Below the pieces are notes generated by a model, which saw only the letters and a list, made by a program, of their open reading frames with translations, made no database searches and was not told the origin of the DNA. 64,000 nucleotides of DNA from Antedon mediterranea (lineage: Eukaryota > Animalia > Echinodermata), in the NCBI RefSeq assembly GCF_964355755.1, contig NC_092678.1:6588422-6652421 (forward strand), in the 5' to 3' direction. Below are positions 54,534 to 64,000 of this stretch, one piece after another; the stretch's first letter is position 1; every line of letters begins with the position of its first letter. The position numbers and the translations under genes were made by a program.

Positions 54534-55090
54534 CTGTTAAAAAGAAGATACATAAAGTTGTGTTTCTTACTAAAAACTGAATGGTACAAAGATTATTTGT
54601 ATATTTTACACACCTGCTTGTATTCTTGCAATTTGATTAAGTTAATTACACATCACATGTCATTTGGAATTAACCCTACCTAGGGGAAAAGTGATATCTA
54701 TGGTAATAATTAACACGCTCTAATGCACCTTCACCTTTCTGTAAACATTTTGAGGATTTTTGCGTGTTTGGAAATCAACTTGTTGTGTGCGCAGTCTATA
54801 ACTGTTCTACTCAGCATCCAAAGTTGGAGCACTGCCTTTTTAATGGCCTAGCTTCCTGGCCTATTATTCTTGAATGATGTGGTATTTTGTAACGGCCAGA
54901 GGCTCATTCACAAACAAAATGTGTTCTTCCACAAGGTGGTATGAAAGAAATACAATACAATTACAGAATTCATGGTAAAACTCCAAATGTCATACTATGT
55001 ACCTCAAATACTATTAATGTATATTGAAAATCAGACTACAGCTATTTATACGAAAAACAATAAATAGAATTCTTCATTGTCATAACTCAC

Positions 55091-55198
55091 TTCTTGTTTC
55101 TTGTGATTGTGAAGCCTTTTTCTGTGGTGGATGATCTTCACAATCAGAGGAACTTTGGTCCAATTTGTGCTGGTTTGATTTACCTTCAAATTCTACAC
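55091..55198 (-). CDS. NLR coding exon 2, low-complexity linker
   Basis: ctttag|GT acceptor and A|gtgagt donor; 108 nt, phase 1-1, open: VEFEGKSNQHKLDQSSSDCEDHPPQKKASQSQETR. Confidence 0.8.
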
Positions 55199-56017
55199 CT
55201 AAAGTAAGAAGATAATTTGTAAAATATGAATCACTGTATATTCTTCAATCTTACCTGATGAAAGAAGATTTTTTTTTTTACTAATGTATAAATGTTACCA
55301 ATAAATTATGTGTTTCAAGCAACAAACAAAATGACACACATAATCTTACAACACAACATCAATCTAAAGTGGGTGATTTGGGTAGATAATCTCACATTTC
55401 ACTCTATAATTTAACCTCAATAGAAAATTACAAAATTTCTTACATTCTTTGAAAAGTTAGGCACTAATAATGTATTTTTGTACCTACTGAGATCTTTTTT
55501 TCATAAAAAAAATCTTGATTTTTAAAATGGAAAGAGTGGCAGGTAGCCCCACCCCCTCTAGATCTGTCACTGAGCTTCCCCTGATAAGGAAACACTTTGT
55601 TGGCTCCTGAATATGTCCCCTATTGAGGTTCTGTCTAAGATTCTAGAAGTTGATTTATAAAATTTTGCCCTTATGAAAATTCACAATTTTTTTTTATTTC
55701 GCAATATTTACCAAAATTCTGTCTATGTCTGCCTGGTACCAAGATTTCCGCAAAAATCTTGATAAGCTTGTCATCCAGAAATTCATTTTATGTTTATTTG
55801 TATGAGACGAAAAAATAGTTTTCCCAATTGATATTTAACATTAATAATGATATACTTTGTTATTTGCCCTGTTCCTGAGTAGATTTTACAGCTTCATTTG
55901 GTGGGTAAAATTAGAATTTAAATCGACACAAACACTTGCATCTTTCAAAGAAATGTAACAACATTTTTATTTTATATAAAGGAATTTCTTTTTAAAGAAT
56001 ATATATTATATACGTAC

Positions 56018-56552
56018 CTTTTTCTAGTAATATGTTTTTTGCACGTGGTCCAAGGCAACAAGCAAACCTTTTTATTTTGTCTGGTTTATTGACTAAATGT
56101 TCATTAACCTCTAGGTAAAGTACTGCTTTCCAAATATTGTCAAATTTAAAATGTTCAAGTTGATAGTTAGCAATAACAGCATCAAACCCTTCTTGGTCAA
56201 CTTGCCTCAATGCCTTAAACAGTGTTCTCCTATATGATGACAACTGTTTATAATCATCAGTTCTTTGTTCACTGTCTTTCCTATAGCGACTGACAAGAAT
56301 TTCAGCATCTTTAATTTCTGATATTTTAGAAATCTCTAATAAAAGTTGAGCTTTAATAGGAGTGATATCACCTTTATTTTCTAGAGCATTAAATAAATTA
56401 TGTGAGTTGAAGCCTTTTCTGGTAATGTCTCCTACAGGTAAATGTTCAAGTAGTAAGATTTGCAACCAAGTGTATTGTTCTCCTTTATAGTATTTACTGA
56501 GATCAGCTTTCAATTCCGAAAAGGTTTTCTTTTTACAGTCAATGTCAGTCAT
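56018..56552 (-). CDS. NLR coding exon 1, tandem death-effector-domain-like region
   Basis: ATG 13 nt after a ttgcag acceptor; AAAG|gtacgt phase-1 donor; F..LK..LS, LF..LE..G.I....LL.EI and a second LSSYRR.LF repeat resemble tandem DEDs. Confidence 0.82.
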
Positions 56553-58939
56553 TTTACAAACAAATCTGCAAATACAAGATACTGATAGTATTATAAATTA
56601 CTACATTAAGTTTAAGGATTCAATACTAGCAAATTATACCTGGGTGGATTTCAAATTTAGTTAACACATTCCTAGTACAATTCCGATCAATTTACCCCCA
56701 GACATCGGTATCTCCCTATAATTACCAACCGCTTCATTCACATGCTGGTGATAAATCCTTCCCAGTACAAACTTTAGCTTCATAATGAGACAATGTTGGA
56801 GCCCCAGGGCGATGCAGAGCTATGATATGGTACTTTGCTAAGTCTGTATGCATAGGTGTCATATTGGCTAATAAATAAAATATTAATTGTGATTACCTCT
56901 GCCCCAGCCTTCTTTCCCCTCTCCCCATCCCCGTCACAATCAACAAACCTTAATACGGTTCAAATGTAGTAAATGTCCCCACTACAATTCCAATCATGTT
57001 GTTCCTCATTACACCTAAACGGCAATATCTCCTCCCCTCCTTCCCTCCCTTCCGCACTTGATGTGTTTAAAGACTTCCCAGTACAAATTTCCGGTTATGT
57101 TGAGCCATCACTCCGTGGCAGTTTTCAAATGTAGTTTAAAACATTCCCAGTTCGATTACGTTGATAGTATAGGCTCACCACCAAACTTTCAACACCTTCC
57201 GGGGGATAATTAAAATACTTTCGTACTAGTACAATTCTCCAAGCAAACATTTTTTTAAGCAAATTTTTAGGTTAACTGAGTTTGTTTAATTTATTGTCTT
57301 ACTTTTTTCATGATACATTGATATTATTTTTTTATTTTTGACGGTTTTGATAAAAAAGCTTATTGAAAACAAATTTAGGCCAAGAATAACCAAAGTTTGG
57401 TCTCCGTTTGTCATGGCAGGAGATATTTGAAAACATGAACCTCTAAGAATTTCCTGTTTATGTTTTCAAAAATTTCAGGGAAATATGTCTTTAACCTGTT
57501 TATAAATAATTGTGAAAATAACAGAACTTACATGCTGCACTGAATCTATAGTATATCAAAGATTTTCTGAAGGGAATTGTGGACACTAGGTTTCCTAAAA
57601 AGTAAGTTTTAGTCCGAAAATCCACCTTGTTTTTCAGAATTTTTCTACATAGAAATCTTGTTTTTCTGCCTGGCATCTAGCCATCTTGTTTTTCTACCTG
57701 GTTTAGCACATAACATCAACAGACTTACATTGCCTATAGTTATGTTTATTGTTATGCAAAGTGCCAACTCCCTTTTTACTGCGTTCTGTGAGTTAAAAAA
57801 TCAGTCTTGCGTATTATTCTATTCAATAAAAAATTGATAGGCTTATAATATATTCATTTTCAATCAATTGTATAAAGAAACTGAAACCAAGCTATGCTAT
57901 TCATATACGCAATACAGTAAATTGTTATGAGGCCTATGTAATTATAGACAGCGCACTCTACAGGTAGCTTTTCAATCACGCAATTTCAAAACCTCTACTG
58001 TAGTCTACCTTGAATATTATGAAGCTATGAAAGCTATGCATAAAAAAATTAGGATTTTGTAATATGCAATGTATTTTTAATGCTAAATACAAGTGCTTGA
58101 ACTTGATTCATAAAAACAATATTCATGATTATTAATGATTTCCTGGCAACATAGAGAGAAATTAATTTGATTCTCCCCTATACAGTAAAATGTGCAATAA
58201 GTTCAGAAAATATTTATTATATATATATATATATATATTTTTTTTTTAGTATTTTGTATCATTATCATCCATGAAAATTATGAAATGAAGGTATAGAAAT
58301 CTTGAGTATTCATGTGTATTGTCTCAAACAAGAAGTAATTAAATGTTTAAACCAACCAATTCCACATATCTTGAATTTTTTACATGAAACATATATATGT
58401 CTTTATCAGAAGAAATCCTGTAACGGCTAATATTAATTACCTACCTGTGAGCAGAATATTTTGATTACACTGTATGGCAAAAATGAGAATACAGATGAGT
58501 TGTTGGTGTTTCCATGGAGAAAAGCTGGTTGTGAGAAACCCAGACTGATCTAGACTCTGTGTGACATGTCTGTGTGTGTGCGACATTGGGTTAAAGTCAT
58601 GTGATACCACTAGATGGTGAATTATGGATGTGCAAAGCGTACAGAAGTACTTGCGGCAAAGAATAATTACGCAAGCATGCGCTAGTACTTTATAAAGTTC
58701 GATTGATTGATTTTGGAATGAAACATCTCATAAATACGTATTATAATAACAATTATGGAATATTTTAAAATTCATAATGCATGCTTTGCTTACTAATAAA
58801 TTAAAGTGTCGTGGCAAATTATTACAAATGGAATGATGAACAAGTCATGAAATTTAATAAAGTTGGCGGCGCAGTTTGTGTCAAAAAAAGCTTCTAATCA
58901 ATCCAATGTTGACTGTATACAGATTGATTGTAATCAGTA

Positions 58940-59125
58940 TTGATTGACAAAGATAAAGGAATCATCTATGCTGAGTTTTGATTCAATTAAAGTTGTAGAG
59001 TGAGCCCTCTATTGACACAGATAAAGGAATCACTTATGCAGAGTGCTGATTGGCTTAAAGTTGTAAAGTGGGACCTCTATTGATAAAATGAGGGAGTGAA
59101 AGTTGTAGAAATGGCCCTCTTTTGG
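58940..59125. repeat. ~68-bp tandem repeat upstream of the NLR
   Basis: AAAGTTGTAGAGTGAGCCCTCTATTGA and AGATAAAGGAATCA blocks recur two to three times. Confidence 0.7.
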
Positions 59126-60284
59126 CAAAGATGAGTAATATGAATGTTTGTATTTTTTTTTGGAGCTTGGCCTTGAAGGCCAGTTGTAGTTGAAAAGCCA
59201 TGCTAGGTGGATGTATACGTATTACAATAAGGTAATAGATATGTTCAACTATAGTAGGCAAAAGGCAATATAGGTCTAAATGTTCTGGTACAAAATAATT
59301 AGCACAATCTTTAATGAGTTTTAAGTTAATTACCTTTATTGATGGTTTTATACTGTATTTACGTTTGCTATGGAGGTTGAGCCATTTGGGCCACACCTTA
59401 ATTTGCTATAGCCTATTGGCTATATGTATACTCACCTGCTTATATTTAAAGTGTCTTTGGTTATGATCTAGACTGGACTAATTTATGAGGCATTTTCATT
59501 AGGCCTATTTAATTTTTACTTCTTGCCCTGATTGATTGAAATATATATTTATACTGGGTAACCTCTTCAGTCAAATACTGGTCTCCCAGAGGGCCCAGTT
59601 GGTGATCAGTGGCTGTGATGTACTAATACACCGAGGTAACCCCCCTACTCGTCTCGAAAGATGTACTAGGTTCTTTAAACTGGACCCACACAACACAATT
59701 TTTCTTTAGTGATTTTATTGTCCAGTATTGCTTTCATTTTTTTCATATTGCAAAGTATATAATAACAAATTCAATGGCCGTTCCAAATTTATTCTTGATA
59801 CAATTTGTTTTTAAAATAATTTGTCTGAGTACTTTTATCATAAAAAGTGCACTGTTATTATATTTATGCCTACTACTCCCATGCAAATTGGTATAATTTT
59901 ATAACCACATATTAAGGCAAAAAAAGACAGTGTGGAGCACGAGTAACTGCTTGTAACAATTTTATAACTCCATGTATAGATGATGCATTAAAAGGGTACC
60001 CTTCCAAAATAAAGTGAACACAATCCATACGTCTAGTTTGTATGTCCAAATTTTAAGTTCTTATCTGAGAAAAAACATTGTCCCCACAATTTTTTTTTGT
60101 ATTTGCTTTTCCATGCATCTACACACATGGGTAGAAATGGGGTATAACATGACCTGAATAGCACAGAGCCAGTATCTTATGTGGCCAATATTAGATGTTT
60201 AAACATTTTACACTTTTTACATTTTCAGTAATCCTGTCAACATTCTCAATTTGGAAAGAAGTATGCTCATAAAACGACCCTTGA

Positions 60285-60820
60285 ACCCAACTATAATCTT
60301 AACACTAATCTAATTTAAATTATTAATCCTAATAATGCTATTCCTAACACTAATCCTAACACTTATCTTAACACTAACAATTCTCTTAACTTTAACACTT
60401 ACCCTAACTTTAACATTAATCCTAACTTTAACATTAATCCTAACTTTAACATTGTTCCTAACTTTAACATTAATCCTAACTTTAACATTAATCCTAACTT
60501 TAACACTAATCCTAACTTTAACACTTATCCCTAACTTTAACATAAATCCTAAATTTAAAATGTACTAAATTTAACATTAATCCTAACTTGAACAATATTT
60601 CTAACTTTAACATTATTCCTAACTTTAACAATTATTTCTAACTTTAACATTATCCCTAACTTTAAAAATATTTCTAACTTTAACATTATCCCTAACTTTA
60701 ACATTATCCCTAACTTTAACATTATCCCTAACTTTAACATTATCCCTAACATTAACAATATTTCTAACTGTAACATTATCCCTAACTTTAACGCTAATCC
60801 TAAACCAAACCCTAAAACTT
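60285..60820. repeat. 18-bp telomere-like minisatellite (CCTAACTTTAACATTAAT)n
   Basis: Built from hexamers CCTAAC/TTTAAC/ATTAAT related to CCCTAA; bounded by a 16-bp inverted repeat. Confidence 0.92.
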
Positions 60821-60939
60821 AATTTACCCAAATATGAGCATGCTTCTTCATTTTGTCTGAATACATCTGCCAAAACATGGAGGTAGAGTGCTTTCGTGGG
60901 AAGTGGAGGTATGTTGTTGATGTTCATGTCCGACAAAGC

Positions 60940-61040
60940 AATCTGGTCAAGAAGCAATGTGGTCAAGATGAAGTCATCTGGTCAAGATGAAGCCATCTGG
61001 TCAAGATGAAGCCATCTGGTCAAGATGAAGCAATTTGGTC
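60940..61040. repeat. 19-bp tandem repeat (GGTCAAGATGAAGCCATCT)n at the start of the large array
   Basis: Four to five copies here, about two in each later array unit. Confidence 0.9.
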
Positions 61041-64000
61041 AACAAGAGTAGCGCCCGAGAGTATCGCCATGTTGCATCCATTCGAGTCTTGCCCTCCTGT
61101 ATGAAGTGGCACCCGAAGGTAGCGCCCCGTACTTACGCCATCTGGGTGAGGCTGTGTCTGCCACATGGCCAGGTCACGATGAGAAGGTTACTCAGTTTGG
61201 GGAATAAAAAAGTTAGTGGTAGAGGCACCCAGAGGCGAGCGCTCCTCAGTGGTAACGCACTCTATGGTACCCAACTGAATGGTATAGAGCTCAGAGGTAG
61301 CGCTCACGTGTAGGTCTATAGCTGTTTGTTTACAATGGAGCACTCAAGAGGTAATTTTACAATATTTTACTGATGATATTTTTGTCCATTTTATATTTTA
61401 CTATTGTTGGTCATTTTTCCATTTTAAGGTGATTTAATATTTTTGGTAATTTTCCCATTTTAAGGTGTTTATAATAAATCAAAAAATATGTATTAATTTT
61501 ATATGTTAATATTTATGTGCATAAATATTTTGATTTAAGTTTTCAATTTCTAGGAATAATGCCCGACAAGATGAAGCCATCTGGTCAAGATGAAGCAATT
61601 TGGTCAACAAGAGTAGCGCCCGAGAGTATCGCCATGTTGCATCCATTAGAGTCTTGCCCTCCTGTATGAAGTGGCACCCGAAGGTAGCGCCCCGTACTTA
61701 CGCCATCTGGGTGAGGCTGTGTCTGCCACATGGCCAGGTCACGATGAGAAGGTTACTCAGTTTGGGGAATAAAAAAGTCAGTGGTAGAGGCACCCAGAGG
61801 CGAGCGCTCCTCAGTGGTAACGCACTCTATGGTACCCAACTGAATGGTATAGAGCTCAGAGGTAGCGCTCACGTGTAGGCCTATAGCTGTTTGTTTACAA
61901 TGGAGCACTCAAGAGGTAATTTTACAATATTTTACTGATGATATTTTTGTCCATTTTATATTTTACTATTGTTGGTCATTTTTCCATTTTAAGGTGATTT
62001 AATATTTTTGGTAATTTTCCCATTTTAAGGTGTTTATAATAAATCAAAAAATATGTATTAATTTTATATGTTAATATTTATGTGCATAAATATTTTGATT
62101 TAAGTTTTCAATTTCTAGGAATAATGCCCGACAAGATGAAGCCATCTGGTCAAGATGAAGCAATTTGGTCAACAAGAGTAGCGCCCGAGAGTATCGCCAT
62201 GTTGCATCCATTAGAGTCTTGCCCTCCTGTATGAAGTGGCACCCGAAGGTAGCGCCCCGTACTTACGCCATCTGGGTGAGGCTGTGTCTGCCACATGGCC
62301 AGGTCACGATGAGAAGGTTACTCAGTTTGGGGAATAAAAAAGTCAGTGGTAGAGGCACCCAGAGGCGAGCGCTCCTCAGTGGTAACGCACTCTATGGTAC
62401 CCAACAGAATGTTATAGAGCTCAGAGGTAGCACTCACGTGTAGGCCTATAGCTGTTTGTTACAATGGAGCACTCTAGAGGTAATTTTTCCATTTTACAAT
62501 ATTTTACTGATGATATTTTTGTCCATTTTATATTTTACTATTGTTGGTCATTTTTCCATTTTAAGGTGATTTAATATTGTTGGTAATTTTCCTATTTTAA
62601 GGTGTTTATAATAAATCAAAAAATATGTATTAATTTTATATGTTAATATTTATGTGCATAAATATTTTGATTTAAGTTTTCAATTTCTAGGAATAATGCC
62701 CGACAAGATGAAGCCATCTGGTCAAGATGAAGCAATTTGGTCAACAAGAGTAGCGCCCGAGAGTATCGCCATGTTGCATCCATTCGAGTCTTGCCCTCCT
62801 GTATGAAGTGGCACCCGAAGGTAGCGCCCCGTACTTACGCCATCTGGGTGAGGCTGTGTCTGCCACATGGCCAGGTCACGATGAGAAGGTTACTCAGTTT
62901 GGGGAATAAAAAAGTCAGTGGTAGAGGCACCCAGAGGCGAGCGCTCCTCAGTGGTAACGCACTCTATGGTACCCAACTGAATGGTATAGAGCTCAGAGGT
63001 AGCGCTCACGTGTAGGCCTATAGCTGTTTGTTACAATGGAGCACTCTAGAGGTAATTTTTCCATTTTACAATATTTTACTGATGATATTTTTGTTCATTT
63101 TATATTTTACTAGTGTTGGTCATTTTTCCAATTTAAGGTGATTTAATATTGTTGGTAATTTTCCCATTTTAAGGTGTTTATAATAAATCAAAAAATATGT
63201 ATTAATTTTATATGTTAATATTTATGTGCATAAATATTTTGATTTAAGTTTTCAATTTCTAGGAATAATGCCCGACAAGATGAAGCCATCTGGTCAAGAT
63301 GAAGCAATTTGGTCAACAAGAGTAGCGCCCGAGAGTATCGCCATGTTGCATCCATTCGAGTCTTGCCCTCCTGTATGAAGTGGCACCCGAAGGTAGCGCC
63401 CCGTACTTACGCCATCTGAGTGAGGCTGTGTCTGCCACATGGCCAGGTCACGATGAGAAGGTTACTCAGTTTGGGGAATAAAAAAGTCAGTGGTAGAGGC
63501 ACCCAGAGGCGAGCGCTCCTCAGTGGTAACGCACTCTATGGTACCCAACTGAATGGTATAGAGCTCAGAGGTAGCGCTCACGTGTAGGCCTATAGCTGTT
63601 TGTTACAATGGAGCACTCAAGAGGTAATTTTTCCATTTTACAATATTTTACTGATGATATTTTTGTTCATTTTATATTTTACTAGTGTTGGTCATTTTTC
63701 CAATTTAAGGTGATTTAATATTGTTGGTAATTTTCCCATTTTAAGGTGTTTATAATAAATCAAAAAATATGTATTAATTTTATATGTTAATATTTATGTG
63801 CATAAATATTTTGATTTAAGTTTTCAATTTCTAGGAATAATGCCCGACAAGATGAAGCCATCTGGTCAAGATGAAGTAATCTGGTCAACAAGAGTATAGC
63901 GCCCGAGAGTATGGCCATGTTGCATCCATTAGAGTCTTAATTGCCCTCCTGTATGAAGTGGCACCCGAAGGTAGCGCCCCGTACTTACGCCATCTGGGTG
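60995..64000 (+). repeat. 565/572-bp near-identical tandem array, at least 5.3 copies, running off the window
   Basis: Unit starts (GAATAATGCCCGAC) at 61554, 62119, 62691, 63263 and 63835; each unit is a GC-balanced 361-362-bp block plus an AT-rich 203-211-bp block. Confidence 0.97.

Noticed and set aside
60285-60820. True telomere or chromosome-fusion site
   Set aside because: No perfect (CCCTAA)n run or head-to-head switch; it is a degenerate 18-bp higher-order repeat.
60310-60966. VKVRIN / LTLILT / LKLGIM repeat ORFs
   Set aside because: Translations of the 18-bp minisatellite.
61035-63015. Four identical 92-aa ORFs as a multicopy protein gene
   Set aside because: They begin at TTG just after a stop, show no recognisable domain, are identical only because the DNA is, and are broken in the fifth copy.
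60995-64000. Array as 5S rRNA, U snRNA, spliced-leader RNA, snoRNA or hammerhead retrozyme cluster
   Set aside because: No recognisable 5S or U1 sequence; CTGATGA is not followed by a stem and GAAA; Sm-like ATTTTTG words are expected in such T-rich DNA; the paired acceptor favours cis-splicing. An Rfam search would be decisive.

Overview
AT-rich, intron-containing animal genomic DNA; an invertebrate, plausibly an echinoderm or other deuterostome (inferred from gene content only). The + strand carries the last seven coding exons (4465-41091, 790 aa, all splice phases consistent) of a PDZRN3/PDZRN4 (LNX3/4-type) gene whose RING-containing 5' end lies before the window. Convergent with it on the - strand is an apparently complete three-coding-exon NOD-like receptor (56552-50239, about 1645 aa) with a tandem-DED-like N-terminus, NACHT, and an LRR region of six ~116-127 aa cassettes with a constant framework and variable loops. 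Upstream of the NLR are a telomere-like 18-bp minisatellite bounded by inverted repeats and, running off the window end, a near-identical 565/572-bp tandem array in which each unit looks like a splice-competent exon plus intron. Introns and intergenic DNA hold several MITEs, LINE and SINE remnants, minisatellites and four exact copies of a CTCF-like 13-mer. Family assignments come from recalled motifs, not database searches.
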